Shown here one piece after another: positions 11,328 to 24,721 of a stretch of DNA of 47,360 bases. Both the position numbers and the translations under genes were made by a program. The stretch covers positions 1-47,360 of the forward strand of contig JAHBMJ010000453.1 in assembly GCA_018398765.1 (NCBI GenBank), in the 5' to 3' direction. Below the pieces are notes generated by a model. It was not told the origin of the DNA, ran no database searches, and worked only from the letters and a program-made list of their open reading frames with translations. Source of the DNA: Chromera velia. Taxonomy: Eukaryota. The first letter of the stretch is position 1; each line of letters starts with the position of its first letter.

Positions 11328-14224
11328 ATGTCCCACTTCAAGTTCGTCAAGTTTCTCACAAAGAAACTTGACGCCGACCATGAGGTAGGAATTGCTTTGG
11401 GTGCGCATTTACATGTGCAGATAGAAATGGTACATCTAGATAGGCATGCAAGCTTACTGAAAAGAATGACACAAAAGAGAAGACAAGAGAGACCTGGCAT
11501 GTGCGCAGGAGTACTTGAGCCCGGCCTCCCTGCCATCACTTGAGCCCGGCCGCAGGAGTACTTGATCACTTCAAACTTATCGATTGCACTTTGACTTGAC
11601 AGAAGGAAGATGAAGGTCTCAAGGCACAAGGCCCTTTCCCGTCCCGTTACAGCCTCACTTATACACATCCCGCCCTCCCATTGTGTCTTCGCAGCTGAGT
11701 CAAATAAAGGCGGCCCGGGCAGGGCTGTCGGAATCCAACCCGCAGTCAAAGTATGAAGGGCCCCAAGGTGTGTCAGTCAGTGAGTGCTGTGCCGATTCGT
11801 CTGTGTGCTTGACAAACTTCCGACCCTCCGACCGTCCACGTACCTCCATTCTGCATCGTTCAGTCCGACTTTTCATGGCTGCAAAAAACGTCTCCCCCGA
11901 CTTACCATCCTTGCAGCGCACAATCACATTGCTGCCCAGGAAAAAGAGCTGGAGGCAGTCAAAAAGGAGATACTCAGGGTGGTCAGTCAGTCAGTCAGGC
12001 AGGCAGTCAGGCAGTCAGGCAGTCGCTTGCTGAATCAGTCAGCTTACCGAGGGAACAAGTGAATAAATAGAAAAAAAGTAATGAATGAATGAATGAATGA
12101 ATGAAAGAAAGAAAGAAAGAAAGAAAGAAAGAACTCGAAGCAGCGGAGCGTTTGTTAGGCAGCGTGAAGGAATGCAGACGCTGCAGTGAGTCTCTCTCAC
12201 CTCAGTCAGTCAGTCAGTCAGTCAGTCAGTCAGGCAATCAGTCAGGCAATCAGTCAGGCAGTCAGGCAGTCAGGCAGTCAGGCAGTCAGGCAGTCAGGCA
12301 GTCAGGCAGTCAGTCTATGCGGGCCCTGATGGGCTTCTGTACGAGTTTGTTTGTGCATGTCTCTGCTGAATCTTGTGCATCAACTTGTACTCCGAATTCG
12401 CAAGTTGAAGAACCAACCAAACTTCCCAGAAGGCAGACGAAGCGCTTGGTCATTCGTTTATGGGTCGATCCAGAAAGAAGAGAGCACCAGTCGAGCCAGT
12501 TGATGGATGAATGAATGAATGAATGAATGGATGGATGGATGGATGGATGGATGGATGAATGATGCGTGCAGCGCGAAACTGCCAGGATAGAACGGGACAT
12601 GTACGCAACGGAGGTCAACGAGTTGAAGAACAAGGTGAACAACCTGCGGATGGAGAACCAGAGATATGCACTGGAGTCCAAAACGTTGGAGAAGACAGTC
12701 ACGGACCACCGGGAAGAAAAGGGACTCCTTATACGGGTGCGTGCGTGCGTCAGTTGATCAGAGCAGCCGCTTGGTTACTTGATAGCCACAGTAAGAATCT
12801 TCTCTCTTGAGTTGGGATGCTTCCGCTGTCAATAGATTGATGGAAAGAAGCTTCTTCTGTCGGCATGACATAGAAGACACCGAAAGAAGGGGGAAAACCA
12901 CCCCCAGGACGAAAGGAATGCTTTTGTTTCAGTTTCTAGCTTGGACTCACTGTCCAGCTGCGTGCATGGGAGAGCATCAGGAACAGTTTCCAAGTATCTT
13001 CCAGAAGGACACAGATAAATGAAGTGCTTGTGTGTGTGAGAGTAATCATGCTGTGTTTTTCATTTCATGAACACGGGTGCAGAGGCAACAAGCACAAGTG
13101 GAGACTGCCAATGCTTTGAGGGCACAGCTGGAGCTCGCCATCACAAAGCGCCAGGCGGAAAGCGAGAAAGTTTCGAAACTTGAGGACGCCTTTGCCAAAC
13201 TCCGCACCCAGCATCAGGATGCTGTGGTGTCTGTGACACAGGCCAACGTGAAATTGAGGGCGAAGGAGCAAGAAATCAGGGTGATGCACGACCAGATGCA
13301 GGCTTTCGGGGAAGCGTCAGTCCGTCCTCCCCCTTCGCTTGGTTCTCTCGCATCTGATTTAATTGTCTTGACCTGATGCATCATTATTCAAATTCACGGA
13401 GGTGTGAGCTCTCTTTGTTGCTTCAATTTGTAAATTTGCTTGAGCATCTGCATCATATCTCTTTTTTGTCTGTCCTCCCCTTTTTTCCTATTCCCCCTTT
13501 CTACCTCGCGTCCGTTCTTCATCTCCTCTTCATCCACTTCATCCACTTTTGTTTTTCTCTCCCCCAGCGCCCAAAGTTTGCGTGCTTGAATGCTTCCCCG
13601 CCATTGCAGACACGCACACAATATTCTCAGAGCAGCGCTTTGAATGCGTTCGGCCTATACTCGTCCTCTGTGTCACTCGTTTCGTCTAGAAAAACCTTCC
13701 TTCCTCTCATTCTGGTGCTGTCTGTTTAATCCCATCTGCCTGCCTGCCTGTCTGCAGAATTGCCAAACTGAAGGAGGAGAATGCAGCCCTTGCTGAAGAG
13801 AATCGGAATGCCACTGCAAGACTCGCAAAGTACAAATCAGAAAAAGAGAAGGCGGAGGCAGAGAGGAGAAAGCTGAAAGGAAACTTTCGCCTCTTTCCAG
13901 CACTTCAGAAAGACTCCGCTGTCCTCTCCGCCCGCACGACTGTGCAACTTGAGAGAGGGAGTGCCGCAGCCGCGGGGACAGCACAACCATCGTCCCCCTC
14001 GAGCAGTCTCGTGGACCCCAAACGACGCACGCTCGCTTCCTTTCTTCCTGCTCCAGTCTCCTTTGCAGGGGAGGCAGGACGAAACGCTGCTGCAGCGGCT
14101 GAGTCGAGCAGTCTGAGGGACAGCGAACAGTTCCTCATGTTGCGAGAGGCCTACAACGAACTAGCATCTCTTCGCCTCCGTGTCGACAAACTCATGAGAG
14201 AAAATTCCGGTCAGCCACACTCAT

Positions 14225-14257
<33 letters not shown>

Positions 14258-16582
14258 GGTGTCACACACTCTCAACCCAGCTAGTGCGTTTGGCCTCTTT
14301 CTTTCATTGTTTGAACACACGGCAGTCAATCCGACATATGCGGTCCTGGCCGGGTGGCGGGCACGCACGGCTTCTTCACGTCAACATAGACTGATTGTTC
14401 TACTGCGGTTTGGAACCCGCGCATTCGATGCTTTATTTTGGCCCTGGCAAACAGTGATGTGGACGGATGCATCTCTTATTCCTTTTCGCATGTTCCGTCA
14501 TCAATCTATCGGCCTTTGCATCCAGGTGTCTTTCTGTCTGTCTCAGACTGTCGGGATCATGGAGGAGTGTTTTGTCCGCCTGTGTGTGAGTGTGTCTGCG
14601 TGTGTGTATGTATGTGTGTATGTGTATGTGTATGTGTGTGTACGTCTGCTCGTAATCTATGTTTGCTTGTGTCCATTTCCCTCTCTTCTCTATTCGTCGA
14701 ATCACCTGTCCATTGATCTGTTTCGTTCATGTGCGCAGCTTTGGAGGAATCGGCAGCCTCGACGGACTTGAGGCATCAGGCAGTCTTCTGGAGGGAGCGT
14801 TTCGTGGAATTGGCAGACAAGGCCCGCAGACACGGGAACTTCCAGGATGCGCAGACACGTAACCTCGTCACAGCCGCCGCACAGGCCCAACAGTCGGAGG
14901 TCTCGCAAGCTCCTCTGCCTGACAAGGAGAACGGAGAGGGGGGACAGAGCACGAGGGGAAGGCGACTGATGACTGGAGAGGGAGGGGACGAGGGGGTTAT
15001 GACACAGGGTGGTCAGATGCTCTCAAAAGAACAAGCGGACCTCCAAGCAGGGGGAGACGGAAACAGACAATCCCGCTCGGCTCTTGTGCTCTTCAAAAGA
15101 CTCCTCGTGGAGCTTTTCAGAGTCCCATACCATGTCCCGAACAACATTTCGGCCTCACGTCTCGCAGCTCATAAGATCGTCAGTCTCTCTCTCTCTCTGA
15201 TGACAGCAAAGACCCAACTCTTTTTGGTGGTTCACGTCACCAGGCGAGACCGTCTTTAGTCGTTCTTGGATGCTCGTTCGTTACTCCTCTTTCTCTTGTG
15301 ATCAAACGGAAACAGACGGAAAGACTGTTGCTCAAAAAGGGTCCCGCAAAAGAGTAGAGAGTCAAGAGTACTTCGTCGCCGTACTGGGTGAAGTGAAAGA
15401 AAAAGTTGTACCCTGCTTTTCTTTTCATCTAGCCATCTGCACGTGGCCTCAGCATGGTCTGTCGGACGCTGGATGGTCGTGCCCTTTTTCACTTTGTCTA
15501 TTCAGCTCAAAAAGCAAATGGACCGATGTGTCTATCTTCGTGTTCTTTTGTCTGCACGCATGCATGACGCAGCTGTGGAAAAGATCTCTTCAAAGTTTCT
15601 CCACTGCTGCTGAGTCTGCTGCCGTTTCTGCGGGTCTCGCGCCGTCCTGGACCGTGGTGTTCAACGTCCTCGGCGGAAAGGAGCACGCGAAACTTTTGAA
15701 GAGACACCTTGTCAGGTCGGAACGAGGCACAAGGGATCAGATGCGTAGTCTCATTGCATGTTCATAGATGAATGTGGCCGCTCAACTCTTCTTGTTTTAC
15801 AAAGTGCTTAGCTATCGGGGGGTTTTCTACTTTCGTTATTTTGCTTCTGAAGAAAGAAGCTTTACTTTTTTTTGCGGCTCTTTTGTCTCTTCATTCCCTC
15901 AAGCAAACAAAATGTGTCTGTTTATGGCCTTTTGCGTGACTCACCGATCTTGATCTTGACATCACTTGCTGATAGGGTGGGTCATCAGAGGCCTTGTCTC
16001 GCTACTTGCATTCCTGCTCCTCTCTTTGCATTGAGTGCTGAGTGGATGGATGAAACCCTCTCCCTCCTTCCCCCCCTTCCTGCCTTGCTGGCTGGTTGCA
16101 GGCTTCGGCTTGAGAAAGGTTCGTTGCGGCGGCACCTGTTGGGTCTGCGGTCTCGCATGCATTTGGTGGTCTCTCGACACCGAATGGAGATGCAGAGACT
16201 GACTCGGAGAGGAATCGCTGAGAAGGATGACTTGGAGAGAAGACGTGAGTCAAGAAAGACAGAAGGCAGGGAGAGGTGAAAGTGACTTTCTCTTTTTCTG
16301 TGGTCGAAGGGGAGTTAGAGGAGTGGAGTGAAATGGAGTGAGTGGCTGTCTTTTTGGATTTTCCACACGACGAATTTGCGTATTGATTCTACAAACATAA
16401 GAGAGGAAGAGGGCAAGAGTGAGGGACGGTGACCGTTGTTGAGTCGTTGAAGAGGGGAATTGGTAGAGAGAATGACTTCAAGAGCTAAGCATTTGGTTGC
16501 CGAGTTCCCAAGAGAAGAAGTTTACACCAGGAAACGCACCTGAATTATTCGTTCAGTCTTTTTCTTCCTTCCTTCTCCAAGC

Positions 16583-16630
<48 letters not shown>

Positions 16631-16664
16631 CAGAGACAGAGACAGAGGGAGAGAAAGAGAGAGA

Positions 16665-16722
<58 letters not shown>

Positions 16723-16749
16723 CAGAGAGAGAGAGAGAGAGAGAAAGAA

Positions 16750-16830
<81 letters not shown>

Positions 16831-18670
16831 GAGAAAGAGAGAGAGAGAAAGAAAGAGAGAGAGAGAGAGAAAGGGTCTTCCCTTGATTCCCTCCCTCCCT
16901 CCCGATTGCAGTCCCTTGATTCCCTCCCTTCCTCCCGATTGCAGTCCACGCATCCGAAAGAGAGGTAGAGAAGCTGCTCGAGGAGACGGAGCTGAAGAGT
17001 GGGACCTCCACGTCTCTTGCGACGATCCACAACTTTTTCCTCGAGGAGCTTCGACTGCTGGAACTTCAACTGGAAGCAGAGAGAAACGACATCGATAGAG
17101 TCACCATGCTCAGCAACATGCCTGTTCCAATGGGGGCTCTCCTCAATGGAGGACAGATGAATCCTTATTCGTCCCAACAATACCATACAAACGACTCCAG
17201 TAGACCTCCAAGTCATGAGAAAGAAGACCAGGGATCGCAGCCCCGTGGAAGTATCTTGACTTCGGGCGGATCAATTCAGGGCATGCCTGTTGCCTCTGCC
17301 GTCGCATTTTCTGTTGGCGGTCCTGTCCGGCCCACGGGTGACTCGGGAGAAAGTTCAAGCGAGGCTTCTCCAGGCCTCCCACATCTTCACCCACACGCAA
17401 ACAGCCAACTTCATGAGCATCTCATCCATTCTTTCCAGCAGGTCCTCACGCTCATGCAGAGGTCAGTGGATGGACACAAAGCCAGACAGAGACCGAGAGA
17501 CAAAAGAAGAACGAAGAAAGGGAACAAAAAGGCGAGAAGAAAGAAGCAATGAAAACAAGACAGAGCATTCATTTGACTGGGATTAACTCGTTTTGCTTCA
17601 CAACCATTTTTGTTTTTTTGTGTTCGTACTGCTGCAATGCTGTCATAATTTGAATCCTGCGCTGCGAATTCATTCGCGCAGGAGGCAAGAGGAGAAGGTA
17701 GCTCGGACTGCCAGCATTCGTGCCGGGCTTGCGAATGTGGAGAGAGACTTGAGGATGATCGACCGGCAGGAGCTTGCAAAGACGCAACAGAGACTCGCGA
17801 AAGCCGACGAGCAGCGCCAAAGGGATGAGGAAGCGAAGGAGATGCTGATGGAGGCCGAGAACCAAGAAAGTGAAAATCCAACCCGACCCAAAAGTCCGAA
17901 ATCAAAACTCGAGAGAGAAAAACAGAAGATCCTCAAAAAGGTGCGACAGCTACACAGAAACACACACACATAGACAGACAGTCAAAGCGATACACCGACA
18001 GGCTGACAAACAGACGGACAGAAGGTCTCTTAGTCAGTGAGATACAAAGACAGACAGACAGACAGACAGACAGACATTCATGCAAGCAGACATTTATGCA
18101 AGCAGGCGCGAACAACCATCTGTATCAGGAATGGCCGTCTGTTCGCCAGCCTGTATCATTTCTTTTAATTTCTACGGGAGGAAAGGAAATGCAGTGAAAA
18201 TTCTCTCTTTGATTATCAAGCAGGCGGGCAGTTTTTTTCTTCGGCCTCCACGTTGACGTTTCGTTCCGTTGTTTCTCGTCTGCGTGCCAAGGGGGGGCAT
18301 CAACGTTCTGCATTTCCCTCTCAATCATGAATGAAAGAACGACAGAACTTTCAGTCGACCTCTTGCCTTTGCCAATAGAGGCGCCGTGCGCGGCTGTGGG
18401 AAGAGGTATAATTTGCAAGGAAGGGTGAGGTTGTTGAGGTTTTGACACCTTGAATTGTCTGCAGGTTCCTTACGTCACCGTGGTGGCAGGTCCAGACGTG
18501 GTGGAACAGGACGTCCAGACCGAAGGCAGCGGGATTGTCTCCTCGAGGGTCATCTTCGCAGGGGAGCGTCTGTTCAATGAGTCCGTACTGGCAGACGTCA
18601 CTGTTCAGGTTGGTTCGTCAACGAAGGAACGAAGGAAGGAAGAGGCCTAGACTAGCAGCTGAGTGGGTTG

Positions 18671-18705
<35 letters not shown>

Positions 18706-19058
18706 GAGAAAGAAAGAGTTTCAGTGAATTTCGGGTAGAGGAGATGCATTGATGAATTGAGGGCTTTACCGACGGACATGTTCGAAAACTCTGGTGTATT
18801 TGGAGTGGAACTTCTGTGAACTTTTGCTACCAGACACTGTGGGAAAACGAAACAAACAAGCAAAGTCCTCTCCCTCCGAACGATCAAGTGGAGCGTGCAG
18901 GATCAGCAAAAAAGCAGCCAGGTTCTCTGCTCAGTTCTTAGATGGAGGAAGGACAGGGACTCAACAGCGTGTGCGAAAGGGAGAGGAAGAGGAAAAAGAA
19001 TGCTACTCGCTAAATGTTTTGGACATCCCTGTACTATGAAGAAATGTTCTCGCATTTA

Positions 19059-19090
<32 letters not shown>

Positions 19091-19297
19091 GTGTGTGTAT
19101 CGCTACGTTTCGGCTGCAGGTGTACAGAGAGGAGGACGTGCTCGTCAGGGTAATGATGGAAGATCTCGAGTGGCCTCTCTTCCTGTACACAATTTTCGAC
19201 ACAATCAGACTCGACGGTGCGTGGAAGAATACAAGGCGGACAAGAAGGCGCACAGACAGACAGACAGACAGACAGACAGACGGACGGACGGACAGAT

Positions 19298-19330
<33 letters not shown>

Positions 19331-19379
19331 AACAGACAGACAAACAGACAGACAGACGGACGGACAGACAGACAGACGG

Positions 19380-19425
<46 letters not shown>

Positions 19426-19477
19426 CGACAGACAAAGACAGACAGACAGACAGACAGACAGACGGACAGACAGACAA

Positions 19478-19524
<47 letters not shown>

Positions 19525-19657
19525 AACAGACAGACGGACAGACGGACAGACGGACAGACGGACAGACGGACAGACGGACAGGCGGACAGACGGACAGACG
19601 GACAGACGGACAGACGGACAGACGGACAGACGGACAGACGGACAGACGGACAGACAG

Positions 19658-19690
<33 letters not shown>

Positions 19691-19712
19691 TAGACAGACA
19701 GACGGACGGACG

Positions 19713-19780
<68 letters not shown>

Positions 19781-19917
19781 AACAAACAAACAGACAGACA
19801 GACAGACGGACAGACGGACGGACAGAAGGACAGAAGGACAGAAGGACAGACGGACAGACGGACAGACGGACAGACGGACAGACGGACAGACCGACCGACG
19901 GACCGACGGACCGACGG

Positions 19918-19964
<47 letters not shown>

Positions 19965-20029
19965 AACAAACAAACAGACAGACAGAGAGAAAGACAGACA
20001 GACAGACGGACAGAGAAACAGACAGACAG

Positions 20030-20071
<42 letters not shown>

Positions 20072-20101
20072 GAACAAACAAACAGACAGACAGACAGACA
20101 G

Positions 20102-20167
<66 letters not shown>

Positions 20168-20196
20168 CAGCAGACAGACAGACAGACAGACGGACG

Positions 20197-20239
<43 letters not shown>

Positions 20240-20248
20240 GGACGGACG

Positions 20249-20306
<58 letters not shown>

Positions 20307-20742
20307 GACAGCAAAGGAAGGAGTCCCCCTGGACAGGTAGGCACTTGCTCGTTCTCTCTAAGCTTCACTTTGTCCCTTTTCTCAGATGCTGTTTCACCGT
20401 TTTGCCCTGCCCTAACTCTCTGAAACGCATGGGTTGTTGCCTTCTCTTCTCTGTCCACGTAACCAACCCTGCGCTTCCTCCTGTTTGCAGGCCAAGGGAG
20501 AAAGGGGAGCGGACATACAGAGACAAACGCCAGTGTGGTGGAAATTGCAGATAAGGAGAAAGAGGAGGCGGACGACGAAAACCAGAGCAGGGGTGAGTCG
20601 GCTGATGAAAATGTGAAGGAAGACGAACGACTGGATGAGATGAAAGAATTACACAGTACCACGGGCAACTGATTTTAGAAACGCGGAAAAGGATTGATCA
20701 AACAAACAGAGAACTCAACAATGATTTGCTTCTCATGTCCTT

Positions 20743-20781
<39 letters not shown>

Positions 20782-23700
20782 CTGTGTGTGTGTGTGTGTG
20801 CAGGACGAAATGAAGAGAGGATCACGGGAGACATGGGGATGAAGATCATGAACCTCCTCGAGATCGAGTACATCAGGGGGATGCCGCACTTGGTTGGTTC
20901 GTTCGTTGGTTTGCTCGTTTGTTCACTTCAATCAGATGAGCAGAGTATCAGCAAGAGAAATCCAAGAGGTGTGGGAGTTGACTGCTTGCCTGCATGTCAC
21001 AGTTCAATGGTGGCTCTGTGACCGGTGTGTCTATTTTGCTTCATCGCTTTCTAGCTGGTGACATTGTGTGGATACCTAAATTCATGCCAACCTTGCAATC
21101 TGCCTGTCTCTTTGTTCGTGTGGCGTATGGATTTGGTTTCAGTGCTGGATGGCTGTCAAATGGAGAAAGGAAGAATTTGAGTCTACCTCGTTTTTTTGAA
21201 TCAGATTCTTCTCGTGTGACAATTGTCGTACCTTGGAAAGTACGCTTTTCCCAAAACAGTCAACGCAGGAACGAGGTCATTTTCTGTCTGCATTCAGGAG
21301 TCTAATCATAGCAGGGAAATTCGTACCTGCAATGTCCTTTTTTTTCGATTTCACCAGCCCACCGTGTTCCATTCATCCTTCAAGTGTTTTGTCCTTAATT
21401 AATTCTTTGTCAGGTCCTGCTGGGACAGGAGGACAAGACCTCAGCTGCACACGACCCTAAGCCAAGACAGTCATTGGAGATCGATTGTCTGTTCAACGAC
21501 GACCTCTCGTTCCGAGCCCCGATACTCTTCGGTCAGTCAGTCAGTCAGTCAGTCAGTCAGTCAGTCAGGTCCATCTACAGTAGTTTGGCAAAGCTGCCGG
21601 TTCAAATGAAATTGAATCAAACAACACCAAGAAAACGGAAGTGTCGAAAAGAGAATCGTGAAGACCCTCGGGATGCAGGATTTGCCGGTTCGCAGTGCTG
21701 TTTTGAGGCTTGATCACTTGCCTGGAAAGGGATCTGTTATTTGTTCTCGCATGTGTCGGACCTCTCTCTCCTTTGGCGTCGTCTCCCACTTCTGCAGACA
21801 GTAATTGCAGTGACGCGAAAACGTTTCATGAAGAAGAAAATCATAATGGCAGACTTTTTTTCTCACATCCCCCACCCGTATTTTCTCTTCTGCAGGCAAC
21901 GTCCCTTGCCAGTTATCTCTGTTGCAGTGCAAACGAACGAGGCATGGAATGGTTGGTTGGCCTTTCTTCTTCTTCGTGTTGTCATCTCTTTTCAATTGTG
22001 CAACTTTGGACTGATACACAAGAAAAGTTGGTGGGGAGAAGTGAAAAGGACAATTAAGGGAACAAGCAGGAATCTGGTAGACCCGTCAACATAGCGAGGT
22101 TACCAAGCGGCGAAGAATGCACACTCTTCAAGACCTACACGGAATGGAGAAAGATTGATGGCAACAAAACATCTGTTCTGTTTTGACGATTCACAGCCAT
22201 TTTTCAAGACCTTCGTGTGATACATCGAAGCCACCATCAGTGTTTTTTTGCCAATGGAAAGGTTGAATCATTGTGTCAATACCGCTCCACGCGCTCATTG
22301 ATTGTCTCATAAATGCTCACTGCGAACTTTCATCGGTTGCTTTCATTCGATCATCGCTTTCTGCTTCTTCGCTGATTTGCAGATTTTCTTCCACTTCTGC
22401 ATTTACTTTCCTCTCACCGGCACTGTCCGGTATGTGTCGACGGCATCTAGAGACCTCTACAGGCAGATGGTCAGTCAGTCGCTTACAAGAGGAGGATACG
22501 TGTTCTAGATTTCTCTGGATGCATGCATGGCCAATTAAGTCTGCCTCGATCATCTCAGAGGCATTTTTGACACCATCATTCATTCAAATGCAGCCTCCTC
22601 ACAGGAAGGGACCTATGCATGTGTTTCTTTCTCGAATCTCTGAGCATCGATTCCTCCATGTTGAGTGGTCTGCTGCGCCGTGTCCGCGGCTCCGGTGTAG
22701 CGTTTTCTCTTCCCGACAAAATTCCTTTTTCGCAGTACCTTCCATCCAGTCGTCGCTGATTGTATTTTATAAGCTTCGCATTTTCTTTTCGCGCTTGCCT
22801 CCTTGCTAGGGTTTTGTTTGTGATCAATAATCTTGCTCTTATTTCTTTTTATGAGAGATTCCTTTCTGGTTGCGTCTCATCTGAAGACTCTGCCCATGTC
22901 TCACCTTTTCCCCGTCTCTATTGTGCCCTCGTTGTATCTGTACACCCACCCGCATGTGTCGTGTGCAGGGCTTCAAATCGCAAACACAGCTGCAAGCCTG
23001 GCTGAAAACTTTGAAGAATACAGTGCCGACTCTCTGGTCAACACCAGCAAGTACACTGACCCTCCGGGAAACCGGAGATGACCTCGAGGCACCAACAGCA
23101 GCCTCGGGAACACAAGTCACCTCCGCCCCTCTTTTCGCAGCCGTGGCTGGAGGGGCCCCAGCCGGGGCTCCAGAGGCCGTTGGAGGGAAGGAGCACGCAT
23201 CGCTGCAAGTCCACTCCCTCCTTGCGCTCCTCTTTGACTCGTTTGACTTGGAGGTCTATAATCTGGACCCATACAAACAGCTTCTGTAAGTTGAATAGTA
23301 TTTGCCTTTCATGCTTTTGGCTCCGGCAGAGGTTTTTATTCGTTCTCTTTCCGGCGCTTTCCATCTCTCACTTGTGGCGCGCCTTGATATTGTCTGTTCT
23401 TTGTCTCTGCTCCAAAATTGTTCTTCGGCCACTTTACGGATGGGTGCTGTGTTTGTGTCCATCTGTTCAGTTGAGGGTCTATACCTTTTTTTTCTGTATG
23501 TGCTGTGTTTGTGTCCATCTGATGAGTTGAGGGTCTATACCTTTTTTTAGTTGCGGGCAAGAAGACTTCGTTTGCATACGCATCTCGCCTCTGATGTTCA
23601 TGTATGTACGTGTATGATCATGGTCATCTGATTCTGTTTTTTTATCATGGAATTGCAGTCTTTCTCTTCCCAAAACTCCAAACCCTGCTTTGCTCATTGT

Positions 23701-24673
23701 ACGCACCTCCCCAGCTCAACAACGCACAACATTTTTTGTGTGCATAAACGCCTCCCTTCGTACACAGGGCTGGATGCTGGTGCTTCATTCACAAAGAGAG
23801 AGACGGCCAGCCAGGGCCAGCGACTGACTCAAAGGATGTTTGTAACTTCATTCTCCCTCCTCTCAAATGGGTCCCCTTTTTTCCTTCTGCTGCCCTCCCA
23901 CCCTGCAGCGAGCACGCCCCCTTTTGGAACTTCGACAACCTCCACCTCCACTACTGTATGGATGCGGACGTGAGTCTGTCTCTCAAACATGATCTATGCC
24001 CTTCATTCATTCATTCATTCATGGATCTATGACTTGACCTTAAACTTGTTTTGCGTGGCTCCACGGACGCTCTGATGGGAGGGGCTGCCTCCACTGCTCT
24101 GATCTTCATTCAGCCGCTTGATTCACAATGTTGGATTCCAAATGAAATATCGGAAGTTGCATCCTCGGCCTTGGGCAACGTGGTTGGTCTGTTTCTAGAG
24201 GTAACTATGAGGTTTTGCATCATTTCCTGGGGCAGGAGTCCACCAGGTTTTGTTCTGTGCTTGCGCCATGGATGAATCTGGACAATGAATTCAGACTCGA
24301 TTGTTGAATTTCTTTGATGCTCGTGTCTTCCCACTCATTTATCATTTGGCCCCACCTATGCGTGCCTCTGTGCTTCTGTGCTTCCAGGAGAGGCAAGCGA
24401 TCGCGGAATATGTTACCGATCTGGCAAATCGGAGGCAAGAACGGAGGAGGCTCCAGCTTGCCAGAGAGAGGTAGGTGGTCACGTGCTTAAGTAGGCACGG
24501 AGGAAGGGAAGGAGATACGGTTGTGTACGCTTTGAGGATCGTTGAAGAAAGGATAATAAGCTCAGCATGGGAAGAGAAGCCATGAAGGAACCGTGAAAGA
24601 GTGAAGACGCCTTCGCATTCTAGATGGGATTGGAGAACTCGGTTCTCTCTCTCTCTCGCCCTCTCTCTCTTTC

Positions 24674-24721
<48 letters not shown>

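Noticed and set aside
19003..20668. 400-490 aa TDRQ/LSVC ORFs
   Set aside because: Translations of the (GACA)n intronic microsatellite.
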